In this document: positions 19,301 through 32,915 of the stretch, piece after piece
Layout of the letters: every line of letters starts with the position of its first letter
How positions within the stretch are numbered: position 1 is the first letter of the stretch
Source: Anaeramoeba ignava BMAN
Lineage: Eukaryota > Protista > Anaeramoebae
Assembly: GCA_028826165.1 (NCBI GenBank)
Contig: JAPDFW010000059.1
Location: forward strand, 372,001 to 436,000
DNA length: 64,000 nucleotides
Reading direction: 5' to 3'
The notes under the pieces: generated by a model
What the model was told of the DNA's origin: nothing
The model's database searches: none
Seen by the model: only the letters and a program-made list of their open reading frames with translations
Position numbers and translations under genes: made by a program

Positions 19301-22300
19301 TGCCGTCTCTTTTCCCAGAAACAAGCTTAAAAAGATATTTAACACAAGTATTTGTGATCAACTTTGCCTTTGATTTCAAGATGAAAGAAAGTGTTTTGTA
19401 TCCGTTTTGTTCAAGAAAGGAGTTGTAATTCATAAAATTTGAGGAAATGAGACGAACGAGAATTCCCAGTAATTTTTCAAACTCGATTGGATCCTGTGAT
19501 TTTTCCATCAGCCACAAACACACCGATGGACCTCCAATATCATCAAAATGGTTGATTATTCCATTTGAAGGAAAACACAAAACATCTCCATTAATAATTC
19601 CGACATAATCCATGTGATATGAAGCAAGATTATGCACAACATAGTTTCTTGAGATTCTTCCGTCTGCTGTTCCTGAAAAATGCATGGAATTAATAGCCAA
19701 AATGATTTTTTCGTTTGAGAATGGAGATGTCTGATTGGAAAGATCCAAAGTATTTATAATGGAAACGAAATTTGATTTATTTGGATTCATCATTTTCACA
19801 ATATTGGGTTTTAATGTATTGAACATTTTGAATCGGGATAAGTTCTTATCCACAAAAGCGCCGCAGTAATGAGGACCAATCAAATGGAGAGTCAATATTT
19901 CCTGAGGAGACATGGGCGCAGAATAGAGAATAACTTGAGAAATTCTCCATGTCAATGCGATAATTGATGAATCTCTTTGTTGTGTTCCAATGTAAACATA
20001 ACTCAATCCATTCGATGGCACAATTGGATAGATCATCTCGCTTGCTTGCTGAAGAACTCCATCAATATACAACCAAGTGTTGAAGTTACTAATTTTGCGC
20101 TTTGAATGAACAACCACAATGTGGTGCCATTTTTTGTATTGAATTTCAAAAGTATTAAAACAAACTGATGATTTTGGAGATGTTGATATATGCACATTTC
20201 TTTTGGAAATGTATACTGATGTTGTTGATTTTTTGTCTGTTGATGTAATTGTAAACAAGTTTATTGGTGGATATTCGATTGAATTTTGAATATTTGTTAT
20301 TTCCTGTGATTGCTCACAATAAAACCAGCATGAAAAAGTATATCCTGAATCTGGAGGCCAACATTTCTCCTTGATTTTGGGGAAAAATATATTTGCATAT
20401 CCGCATTGTTCCATTCGAAACTTGATATATGGAGGTGATTTTTCTTCCTTTAACACTTTCTCAACAAAACCAATAAAATTCACTACGTTTTTCCCTTTTT
20501 GGAATGTTTGCGCAATCTTTTTCATCTCAATACTGGTTATTTGATATTGCCCAAATATCCTGAAGAAATTCCTCATATAGTAATTCAAAGATGATTTTGA
20601 ATCAAGTAAACTATCTCCGTATTCATCCAAAATTAATTGCACTATTTTTACAGTTGAAATTGGATAAATATTCAGTGGATTCAAAGTGATTAGTAAATGC
20701 AAGAGATTCAAAACTGAGAGTTTCTGTTCGTCATTCTGCTGCGATGTAAGTTGCAGGATGATGGGAATTATCTGAGGACGAATAATAACCACATCAATCA
20801 AGTTGCTCATGTCGAAAATTTTTTTTGTTGTAATTATCATTTCTTTCGAACCAATGGAAATATCAAAAAGCACAAAAACAAAATGAGAGCATGCTTCTTT
20901 CTTTGAAATACCCGATTCACTAATGGTTTGATTGAGTGCTGGTAGTAAAATATTGACAAAATACTCGTGAGAATTTGATGCTTGATAAAGAATGATATTT
21001 GTAAAAATCCCGAAATCGAGGAGCATTTTGTTCACAGTTGGTGTAATTTGAGAAAGATCTGTTTTGGCCAAAATTCCAGAAATTAGTTGTGGAAATAAAT
21101 TTTCTTTGCAAAAATAATTGCACATTTTCTTGTTGAATTTAAAGATTGAAATGAAACTTGATAAAATATCAACTTTGAGATCTAAATCATTCAAATTCTC
21201 CATTTCTAAATGATTAAGAAGCATATGGAATTCTGTATTGGAAAATAGATCTTTATCAATTAGACTTTTTGTGACAATAATTTCTTGGAAAATTTTGAGA
21301 ACTTTTGATCTGAATTGAGTTAATAAGAGATCTGATAAAAGTATCATCCCTTGATCATTTTTAAATTTTTGGATATTTTCTGGAGATTTAGATAAAAGTA
21401 GACGAATATTGGAGAAGAATAACGACCAAAAGATATTTTTTTTTATCGTTGATTTTGTTCCTGATCGATTTCTCTTTTTTTTCTTTTGATTTTGATTTTT
21501 ATTTTGATTTTTATTTTTATTTTGATTTTGATTTTTATTTTGATTTTCATCTTCATCTTCATCATCTTCTTTTTGAAAAAAAACATCATCTTTTAAATTT
21601 TCAAATTTTTGGAAAATTGATAGATTTATTTCAATCAAATTATTTTCAACAAAAAATTTCTTATATTTTGGATTAAAATCTATCAGCAAATTGAACATCT
21701 CATAAAGTTGAGTTAATGTAGATATTTTAGCTTCTTCCATTTGTAAAAAGATAAATCTAAATTGTTGAACAGGTATTTCATTTGTTACAGTTGAAAATTG
21801 TTGGAAAATTTTCAAAATTTTATCCTAAATTTAAATTTAGATTTAAAAAATTTTTTAATTTAAAATTTGGATATTGAATATTGAATGAAATGATACTCGG
21901 AATTGGAGAGAAATATCATCAAGTGATGAAATGAATAGCATTGGTTTTTTTTCAAAAAGCAAAGAGAAATTTCGCGGATTTTTAACAAGGATTTCTTGAA
22001 TAATTTGGATATAATAATTTAATATTTGAGTTGGAAGTTTTTTATGGTTCAAAATCAAATTATCACAAAAAGTAATCAAGATTTGAATATCTGTGACCAA
22101 ATCCTTAATATCAGGTTTTTTGACTGATTTATCATCTTGATTTTCATTTTCTTGCTGTTTTTGCTGTTGTTGCGGTAAGAACATGAAATCGGATAACAAG
22201 TTTATTGTATTAAATTTCGTGTCAATATCAATTGATTCATTAATAAAAAAAAGAAAAGAAAGATTGAGAATTTTGGTGTAACCTGAAAAAGTTTGGAATT

Positions 22301-23332
22301 GTTTGAATAAATGCATAGATATTGGATTTGTTGCAAGTAAAATTGAATAAATAATATGGACTAAGAAAGGATAGCATTGAATTTCGTTATTTTTAATCAA
22401 CTCCATTTGAGCTAATATTTTTCCTATTGGATCTTGTTCTTCGATCCAACTCACAAATTTTTGGGTTGGTGGTTGAATGTTAATTACAATACTAAATAAA
22501 TCTTTCAAATTTCCCAGAATAATTGAGGTTGTTATTTTGTTGTGAATATTCATTGTGAAAAGAATATCAAAAATAAACGGTTTTTTCTTTTTGATAAACC
22601 AATAAGCAATATCTTTTTTTCTCAGAAGTTGTTTAAGATTAAGAAAAGTGACTTGAAGGAATTTTTGGATAATGAATTCTAAATGAAACCAATAAATAAA
22701 TAAATAAATAAATGAATTTTATTTATTTAGAAATATTTACCATTTTGATTCTCTTTCTCTTTCTCTTTTTCTTTTTCTTTTTCTTTTTCATATTCTGATT
22801 GTGATATTAATCTCATATAAGTGAATAGCATTAAAGAAATTTCAAAATCTTTTTGGAATTTTAAATTCTTGTGTTTTTTGATTAATAGATAAATTCCATA
22901 AAGAAGTTCATAAATAGCTTGTGATTGAAAATTTTTTTGTAACCAAAGAAATAAATTTTGGATATTTTCAGTTATACTTTTATTAGTTTTAACAATTTTG
23001 CTGAAGATTTCAATGAATTTTTGAATAAAAGCTTGTAAAATTTTTTGAGTTTCTTTAAATCTTTAATTGGAAAAAATTTAATTGAAAAAATTTAATTGAA
23101 AAATTAAAATATTATTTAAAAAATACCCTGAAAGTTCTTTTTGATGAATTTCTTGTGAAAAATATTGATAGAATAAAATGGAAAATTGAGTTAATAAAGT
23201 TTTCTTCATTTTTTTAACACTTTGTTTTTGATAAGATTTCCATCTTTTTCTAAGTTCTAAAATATCTTGAATTTGATTCCATTGAGTTTTTAAATTTAAA
23301 TCTTGTTGATTTTTTAAAGGGTTTTGTGACAT
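13387..23332 (-). CDS. BEACH-domain protein, WDFY3/Alfy-like (ConA-like, PH-BEACH, WD40, C-terminal FYVE), ~3224 aa. Introns 23061-23126, 22679-22740, 21825-21896, 15368-15438
   Basis: '[34 protein letters not shown]', '[11 protein letters not shown]', 'YGTHYS', '[11 protein letters not shown]', 'WIDLIFG', WD40 repeats, FYVE '[27 protein letters not shown]'. Four short introns give an intact 9675-nt CDS. Confidence 0.93.
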
Positions 23333-23507
23333 TTTTATAATTAATTTAATTTAACAAAAAAAAAATGAAAAAAAGGAAAAAAAAAAATAAAAATTTTCAT
23401 TTTTTTTCTTTTTTTTTTATTATTAAAACAAAAAAAACAAAAACAAAAACAAAAACAAACACAAAAACAAAAACACAAAAACAAAAACACAAACACAAAA
23501 ACACAAT

Positions 23508-25652
23508 ATGGATGTTTCTTCAATTTTAAATAAAGCTGAAAAAAAACCTCTTCATATTCCAGAAAAAAATGATGATTTACAATATGATATTGGCAATCTT
23601 ACTACATTAGATTCTTTATCAATTAATTCAGAAGAATTTTTGTAAAACAAAAATATAAATATAAATATAAATATAAATATAAATATAAATATAAATATAA
23701 ATATAAATATAAATATAAATATAAATATAAATATAAATATAAATATAAATATAATTATAAATATAAATATAAATATAATTATAAATATAAATATAAATAT
23801 TTAATTATTTAATTTTTTAATTTTTTAATTTTTAGGAAAGATGTTGATAATAATATAAAAGATCTTACAAGAGATAATGCTCAATTACTAATTAATAAAT
23901 TATTTCAAATTGAAGGTGAATTAACAGATACAGGTGTAGTAATACAATTACCAGATCCAACAACAAAAATACCAAGAGAAAAACCTGTAAAATCATCCTT
24001 TTAACAAGAAAATTTTATCAAAATTTATATTCAAAATTTATAATTAAATTTATAATTAAATTTATAATGAAATTTATAATAAAATTTATAATTAAATTTA
24101 TAATGAAATTTATATTAAAATTTATAATGAAATTTATAATTAAATTTATATTCAAAATTTATAATGAAATTTATAATAAAATTTATAATTAAATTTATAA
24201 TAAAATTTATAATTAAATTTATAATTAAATTTATATTTAAATTTAATAATTAAATCTTCATAATTAAATTTATAATTAAATATATATTTAAATTTATAAT
24301 TAAATCTATAATTAAATTTATAATTAAATTTATAATGAAATTTATAATGAAATTTATAATTAAAATTTATAATAAAAAATTTTATATTAAAATTTATAAT
24401 TAAAATTTATAATTAAATTTATTAAATTTATAATCAAAATTTATAATTAAATTTATAATTAAAATTTATAATAAAATTTATACCAAGAGAAAAATTTATA
24501 ATTAAATTTAATAAAAAATTTATAATTAAATTTATAATTAAATTTATAATTAAATTTATAATTAAATTTATAATTAAATTTATAATTAAATTTATATTCA
24601 AAATTTATATTCAAAATTTATAATTAAATTTATATTTAAATCTATATTGAAATTTATAATTAAATTTATAATTAAATTTATAATTAAATTTATAATTAAA
24701 TTTATAATTAAATTTATAATGAAATTTATAATGAAATTTATAATTAAATTTATAATAAAATTTATAATAAAATTTATAATGAAATTTATAATTAAATTTA
24801 TAATTAAATTTATATTAAAATTTATAATAAAATTTATAATGAAATTTATAATTAAATTTATATTGAAATTTATAATGAAATTTATAATTAAATTTATATT
24901 CAAAATTTATATTAAAATTTATAATTAAATTTATATTTAAATCTATATTGAAATTTATATTTGAAATTTATTAGGTTCCTGAAGAAAAACCATTAACAAA
25001 ATGGGAAAAATTTGCACGAGAAAAAGGAATTAAAAAAAGAAAGAAATCAAGAAAAGTTTGGGATCAAAACAAACAACAATGGGGATATCGAAGTGGATAT
25101 GGAAAAGCAAATAACGAAATGGATGAAGTAATAATTGAAGACAAAGGAGAAATTGAAGCAGAAGATCCATTTCTCCAACGGAAACAAAACAAACAAAAAA
25201 GAATTCAACAACAAAAAAAAAATGAACTAATGAATATTGCACGATCCAAAAATGGAAAAGTAGCAAAACAAACAGAAAGAGTAATTGAAGATTTATCTAA
25301 ACAAGCAGGAAAACGTTTAACAAGAAAACAACGTCTCCAAAAAATGTTTCGAGTTGTTCAACAATCAACTGCTTCTCATGGTTTATTTGATAAAAGAGTC
25401 AAAAATGAACCAAAAGTTAAATTATCTAAAAAACAACAATTTAATTCTGTTACTGAACCTGATTTAAAGAATGAAACAAAAAATCATCTTGATGTTCTTG
25501 ATAGAATTTTGGATCATACTGATGTTTCTATTAATTTGGAAAAAGCTATTAATCAATTTAAAGATACTATTGATGATGCAGATATAAAACCAAAACAACA
25601 AAAGAAAAAAAGCAAATCAAGAAAACCAAGAAAACCTAAAAAAAAGAAATGA
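23508..25652 (+). CDS. RRS1: Ribosome biogenesis regulatory protein RRS1. Introns 23642-23835 and 23987-24974
   Basis: Spliced translation gives 'YDIGNL', 'RDNAQLLINKLF', 'LPDPTTKIPREKP|VPEEKPLTKWEKFAREKGIKKRKKSRKVWD' and 'STASHGLFD'. Confidence 0.93.
23987..24974. repeat. RRS1 intron 2 filled with 12-bp satellite (ATAATTAAATTT)n; intron 1 carries (ATATAA)n
   Basis: Read directly. Confidence 0.9.
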
Positions 25653-25767
25653 AAAGTTTTTCCTTTCATTTTCTTTTAATTTTTCTTTTAAATTTTTTTT
25701 TTCCAAATAGAAATTTTTTTAGATCTAAAAAGAAAATAAATTGAATCAAAAAAAAAATTTAATTAAT

Positions 25768-28589
25768 TTAAACACATTCTTCTGTAAAATTTATTGGAAT
25801 AACTTTTTTTGCAATTTCTATAAATGTTTCAAATTCACAAAATGTTGATTTACAACCTGGAATTAAATAAACTTCATCATTATAAATGAATCTAACAAAA
25901 AAATGATTTGAATCATCTGAATATAATTCAAAAATGATAAAACTTGAGTAATATACTTTAGATCCATCAAACACATTAAAATTACTTAATAAAGGAGCAA
26001 GAGTTGTGTCATGTCCTGAATAAAACATATATTTATATTCTATTTTTTCTACAATTTTATTTTGCATTGCTTCTAAAATATCTTTAATAAGTAATCCAAC
26101 TGAGAGTTTAGATATTAATTTATTTACAAAAAGTGTTTCTATTTGCCATCTAGTTTCCTCAACAAGCTTAAAATTGAATTAAATTATTATTTTAAATTAT
26201 TATTCTGAATTAAATTATTATTTTAAATTAAATTATTTTAAATTAAATTATTATTTTAAATTAAATTATTATTTTAAATTAAATTATTATTTTGAATTAA
26301 ATTATTATTTTAAATTAAATTATTATTTTGGATTAAATTATTATTTTGGATTAAATTATTATTTTGGATTAAATTATTATTTTGAATTAAATTATTATTT
26401 TGAATTAAATTATTATTTTAGATTAAATTATTATTTTAAATTAAATTATTATTTTGGATTAAATTATTATTTTAAATTAAATTATTTTTAAATTAAATTA
26501 TTATTTTGGATTAAATTATTTTTGAATTAAATTATTATTTTTAAATTAAATTATTATTTTTTTGAATTAAATTATTATTTTAAATTAAATTATTATTTTA
26601 AATTAAATTATTATTTTAAATTAAATTAATATTTTAGATTAAATTATTATTTTAAATTAAATTATTATTTTGGATTAAATTATTATTTTAGATTAAATTA
26701 TTATTTTAAATTAAATTATTATTTTAAATTAAATTATTATTTTGGATTAAATTAATATTTTGAATTAAATTATTATTTTGGATTAAATTATTATTTTAAA
26801 TTAAATTATTATTTTTGGATTAAATTAATATTTTGAATTAAATTATTATTTTGAATTAAATTATTATTTTGAATTAAATTAATATTTTGAATTAAATTAT
26901 TATTTTAAATTAAATTATTATTTTAAATTAAATTATTATTTTAAATTAAATTATTATTTTAAATTAAATTAAATTATTTTAATTTAAATTATTATTTTAA
27001 ATTAAATTATTATTTTAGATTAAATTATTATTTTAAATTAAATTATTATTTTAAATTAAATTATTATTTTGAATTAAATTATTATTTTAAATTAAATTAT
27101 TATTTTTAAATTAAATTATTATTTTAAATTAAATTATTATTTTGGATTAAATTAATATTTTGAATTAAATTATTATTTTAAATTAAATTATTATTTTAAA
27201 TTAAATTATTATTTTAAATTAAATTATTATTTTAAATTAAATTATTATTTTAAATTAAATTATTATTTTAAATTAAATTATTATTTTGGATTAAATTATT
27301 ATTTTAAATTAAATTATTATTTTAAATTAAATTATTATTTTAAATTAAATTATTATTTTGGATTAAATTATTATTTTGGATTAAATTATTATTTTGGATT
27401 AAATTATTATTTTAAATTAAATTAATATTTTAAATTAAATTTGTTTTATGATTTAATAAAAATCTACTTCAGCTGCAAGAGAATAACTTATTCCTTCAGG
27501 AATTGGTTTTCCATGTGATAAAGTACAATATATATTATCTCTAACTTTTCTTAAACTTGTATCCAAAAGTGAAGAATCATTAAATATTTTAACTACTTCT
27601 TCATGAAGAAATTTATATTCTTTTCTTTCTTTCCAAAATGAAGAATTTTCCAAATCTAAAAGTAATCTTTTCAATTTTGGACAAAGAATTTTGTTTACAT
27701 GCCTAAATAAAAAATCAAAAATCAAAATCAACATTAAATATTAATATTGAATTTATCTACATATATTCATAATCTAAATCTACTGTATTAACATCTAAAA
27801 CTTCTATTTTTTCTTCATTAATATCAATTGGAAAAAGTCCAAGTAAATTACCATAAACAGAGTTTCTTGTTCTTTGTTTATCAGTTGTTCTAAGATAAAT
27901 TAATTTAGGATCATATTTTTCTGGAATAAAATTAAGTTCATTAAAATATTTTTTTCTTAATTTTTGACCCAAAAGAAAATGTTGTTGAAATCCTTTTGAG
28001 GTTAATTGACCTAAATTTAATTATAAATAAATTATAAATAAATTTTAAATAAATTATAAATAAATTATAAAATAAATTTATAAATAAATTATAAATAAAT
28101 TATAAAGAAATTTTAAAGAAATTATAAATAAATTTATAGATAAATTATAAATAAATTATAAAGAAATTTATAAATAAATTTTGAATTGAATTTAATTATA
28201 AACCTGTAAATAAATTTATAAAATAAATTTATAAAGAAATTATAAATAAATTTATAAAGAAATTATAGATAAATTTTGAATTGAATTTAATTATAAACCT
28301 GTAAGACAATTCCCATTAAATTGTTGTCGATTTGGAATATAAACTTTTTGAAAAATTGTTTTTGATTCAGGATTTGATAAATGATAAAAATTTAAATCAC
28401 AATTCCATTCATTTTTTTGATTTGGTAAAGTTTTTAAAGGAGTTCTATCACCATGTCTAGTTATAACTTTAAAAATCTTTATTTAAAATTATTTTAATTT
28501 AATTTAATTTAAAATTTACCTTGAACTAAAATTAATTTTTTATTACAAATTATAAAAGAAATTAAAAAAAGAAAAAAAAGAAATTTCAT
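25768..28589 (-). CDS. Histidine acid phosphatase (lysosomal/ACP6-like) with signal peptide. Introns 28467-28519, 28011-28298, 27703-27760, 26167-27467
   Basis: Hydrophobic N-terminus MKFLFFLFLISFIIC, catalytic 'RHGDRTP', 'GQLTSKG', 'RTRNS' and 'YSGHDTTL'. All four introns are GT-AG and frame-consistent. Confidence 0.92.
26167..27467. repeat. Acid phosphatase intron 4 filled with 18-bp satellite (TTTTAAATTAAATTATTA)n
   Basis: About 1.25 kb tandem array with GG/GA variants. Confidence 0.93.
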
Positions 28590-28689
28590 AAAAAAAATGA
28601 AGAAAAAAAATGAAAAAAAATTTTTTAAATTTTTTAAATTTTCTTTATTTGAAAAAAAAAAAAAAAGTGGAATAAGAAAAATAACAAAA

Positions 28690-31454
28690 TCAATTGCTTT
28701 TCTTTTCCTTTGTGATAAAAACAGAAATTAATTTTTGTTGAGTTTTCTTTAAATTTCTTGAACAAAAATCTTCTGTAAATTTTTCACCAACAACAAAATT
28801 CATTCTCACAAAAAATGAAACAACTGATTTTCTAACATCAGATTCTCGACTATTCAAAAGAATTGGTAATTTCAAAATAAATTGATTGAGAAAATATTCA
28901 ATATTTTCTTTTGGAAAATTTTTCATCAATTGTGTCAAAAAATTTACAGATGCAACAATTAAAAATGAAGATAAATCAAATGATAAAAAAGGAATCAAGC
29001 ATTCAATTACTTGTTGAATATCCATTGATTTATAAATACTTTGAATAATTTGCTCAATTTGTTTTGATTTTGTTTCGTTTGCATTTCTTTTAATCACTTC
29101 AAAAAATTTTTGGATCACTTTTTTTGATTTTGATTTGAAATGAATTTCTTGATTTTGACTCATTTTTTCAAATAAAAACAGCATTTGATTTTGAAATAAA
29201 TCTTGTGTTTTCAAATAAATTTCAAATAATCTCTCCAAAACAAAAAGAAACTCAGAATCCCAAAGTTCTTCGTTTTTTTCTTCTGAAATTTGAACTAATT
29301 CTTGTAGTGATTCATTTCTTGTTTCTTTTTTGGTGAGAGAAGCCAAAAGATTAGAAATTTGGGAATGGAAATTGATTGGATTCTTGGAAGGAACTTGAGT
29401 TACAAATGAATTTGAATCAAAATTTTTGAAAGAAACTTGATTTTGAATCACTTGATTTTCTTGGTTTGAATTGGAAACAATTTTGGTTTGATTTTTTTGA
29501 TAAGAATCGAGGAAATCAAGGATTTGATTTGGAATTGAAGATTCAGATGTTTCATTTGGAGAAGAAAAATTATTATGAAGAAAATCAATTATATTCTTGA
29601 TATTTTGAGTTTGTTCAAGATATTTATCAGAATCTAATTTGAGAATAACAAGAATTTTCTTCAAAACTTTATCTTTAAGATTTGTCGGTATTTTTGTGCA
29701 AATAGTCAAAAAAATTGGAATTAAAATTGAACTTCCAAAAGTGGATATAATCAAATCAATAAGAGAATTAATTTTATCAAACAAATCATTGTTTTGATCA
29801 TCTCCAAACTGCATAAATAATGAAAGAATTATTTGTTCAAGATATTGATGGAAATTAAACGGTAATTTTTCAATCATTTCTTTTATGATATCAAGTGTTA
29901 AATTTTTGAATTGAATATTTTCTTCTTTGAGGAAATTATCAAGAATCATAAATGAATTTTTGAAAAGAGTTGGATCACGAAGAATATTTTGTTCTGGATC
30001 TTGTTTTGCAAATTGAAACAACGCTTCTAATGATTCCTGCTTTGGAAGCGTATTTTGTGTGTTTAAGGATGAAATTGCATCATTGATTTGCACTTCTTTT
30101 TTTGAAGAAATTTGATTTTGTTTATTATTAGATCGAATAGTTTTTTTCTGTTTTTGAGAATTTTTTTTGGATAATTTCTCAGAATTTTCTGAAGTTAATG
30201 ATAAATGCTTAATTTCCTCTTCTTTTTTGATTTCCTCTTCTTTTTTGATTTTATGCTGTATTTTGATTTTGAGTTTTTTGTGATTATGATTTAAATTTGA
30301 ATTTGAATTTTTAGTTTGGATTGATTGGGTTTGATTTTCTGAAACATTTTCTTTTGAAGAAATGGCTTTTTTTTTGGATGTGCTTTTTGAAGGTTTTTTG
30401 AGTTGATCATGTGATCTGCGGATATTGCGATTTTGTTTTGGTTTTTGTTGCTTTGGAGTTTGGTCAATTCCAAGCAAAATTAAGAATTCAGATTGGGGAT
30501 GATTTTGAGGATGTTTTTCAGAAAGAATCAAGGATTGAGCTTTCTTTTCAATTCGAGAAAACAAATTTTTTGCTTCGTGAGGAAAATGTTTAACAAATTC
30601 CCAAAAGGATTTTCTGCTATAAGTTCTTGTCATTTCTTTTGCATCAACAAGAGAAGTTAAAATTGATTCTTCCAAATTTTGGATCATTTTTGAAAGATTT
30701 TCTTTTTGCCAATGTTTTAGGGTTAAATAAAGATATTGAGAACAGCATTCTCTTTGTTTTGCTGATTTACTATTGGAAAGAGTATTACTGATGATTTGGA
30801 GAATTTTTTTAGCTTGAGTATTCTTGATTATTTCTTTGATACATTCATCTGAACTTTGTGCAATAATTTGAATTTTAACAGGAACTCTTTTTAAAAGTGA
30901 AGAAAACAATTCAATTTCAAAAAAAAAGCTGAATTCATCTTTAAATTTTCTTGAAGCATGAGCTAATAAGTTGCATGCATGTTTAACAATTGCTGAACGT
31001 TCTTCTTCAACTAAATCACACATTACAAATTTGAATTTGTTTTCTTTTAATGATGCGATAAATTGTTCTAAATTTTCAAGTGCATTTCCGTTAAATATTT
31101 TATGAAATTCAATAATACTTTGTTTTCTTTGTTCCCAATCATCTGAACGAAGAGAATTGATTGTTTCTTCAATTTTAGAATCCATTTGTTTAATATTTTC
31201 GAACTAAAATATAAAATTATATTAAATTAAATTAAATATTAAATATTAAATATAAAAAATTAAATTAAATATTAAATACGTTAATTGGTTTGAATTTATC
31301 TCCAACTGAATCCCATTTAGAATTTCCTTTTTTGATTTCTTTTTTAGTTTTAGTTTTCTTTTTTGAAGGAATATCTGTTATTAAAATTTAATAATTAATA
31401 TTTTATATTTAATATTTTAATAATTAAAAAATTTTTACTATTTGAATCAATCAT
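28690..31454 (-). CDS. CLASP/TOG (HEAT-repeat) microtubule-associated-like protein. Introns 31375-31438 and 31204-31279
   Basis: TOG/CLASP_N-like 'DDWEQR', 'EERSAIVKHAC', 'LVDAKEMTRTYSRKSFW'; CLASP C-terminal-like 'SRESDVRKSVVSFFV..GEKF..QQKLISVFI'. Two short upstream exons splice in frame. Confidence 0.78.
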
Positions 31455-31672
31455 TTGTTTTTGTTTTTTTTTGTATTTTGATTTTATAATAACAATATAA
31501 AAAAAATAAAGAAAGAAAAAAATTGAGAAAGTAAAAGAAAAAAAATTTAAAAACTTGAAAAATAAAAATTAATAAGAAAATAATATTTTTAACGAACATT
31601 TATCGTTAAAAAAAAAAAGCAAAAAAAAAAGAAAAAAAAAGTGGAATTGATCAAAAAAAAATAAAAAAGAGA

Positions 31673-32762
31673 TTAATTTTTTTTTTCATAAAGACAACCA
31701 GCTGCATAAGAAACTGAAGAATCTGAATTAGTCATTACTTTACTTGATTGATCATAATGAACAAATTTCATTTCTTGAGATTTAGAATCAACAGCCTAAA
31801 TAAAAATAAAAATAATTTTAATTTTGATTTTAATTTTAATTTTTGATTTTGATTTTTAATTTTGATAAATACATTAAGTAAAACACTAATTGGATTTCTT
31901 CCACAAATTGTTGTTCCCCATTTATCTAAATAATCATAAAAATTTTTTGGATTTAAAGATTCAATTGCATTCATTCCCATTCTATCCAATTTTTGGATAG
32001 CTTGCCAAATAGGGATAGATTTATCAGGAAGAGTAGTAAAATGGAAACGAGAACCCCAATGACAAAAATCAGAAGAAATAACAAATAAAGTATTTTCATC
32101 TTTAAGATAAGAAGAGAGAATTTCACCGCATCTTTGTTTCTCATCCTCAGATAAATGCCCAACCATCATTGGCACAATTTCCACTTCAGTTCCTAATACA
32201 TGCACTATAAATGGAAGCTGTAATTCTAAACTGTGCTCATTTTGTTCTACTTTTTCTGTAAGTGGAAAGAATTCATGATATTTACTTAATTCTGTTATTG
32301 TTTTTTGATCAACTTTAATTGTTCCAAATGGTGTTTCATATGCAGACATACATGATATACAACATGTTTCTAGATGTTTTTTATGGCTTGGTCCGAGAAT
32401 AAAGACTCTTTTACTAATTAATTTTTTTTTTCCGATTTTTATTAATTTAAAATTTTTTCATTTAAAATTTTTTTATTCACATTTTTTGAGTTTTTGGATC
32501 AATATTTTTCCAAGCTTGTGCTGCTGTTGGTGCACTATGTTTATATCCTGCATGTCTTTTTTTTTTTTAAATTCAATTTTTGATTTTAATTTTAATTAAA
32601 ATTTTTAATTTTTAATTTTTAATTTTACGGGCAAATTAATGCTTTAATTGGTAATTCAATCTTTCTTTCAGCTTTAGAAAGAAGATTTGAAATTTGTTCT
32701 TTTAAAGTTTTTGGATCATTTGAATACCAAGAACCTGCAAATTTTGCTTTTCTTATTGACAT
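31673..32762 (-). CDS. MEMO1: MEMO1 / AmmeMemoRadiSam B family protein. Introns 32556-32628, 32414-32480, 31796-31872
   Basis: 'RKAKFAGSWY', 'PHAGY', 'RVFILGPSH', 'EHSLELQLPF', 'ISSDFCHWG', 'TICGRNPI', 'DSSVSYA'. Confidence 0.95.
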
Positions 32763-32915
32763 TATTTTGTTTTGAAAAAGAAATTAAAAGAAAAAAAATG
32801 AAAAAATTTTTTAAAAACTTTTAAAATTTAAATTTAAAAAAAAAGCAAAAAAAAAAAGTGGAAAAAGAAATTTCTTTCCTTTTCTTTTCTTTTCTTTTCT
32901 TTTGTATTTTCTTTT

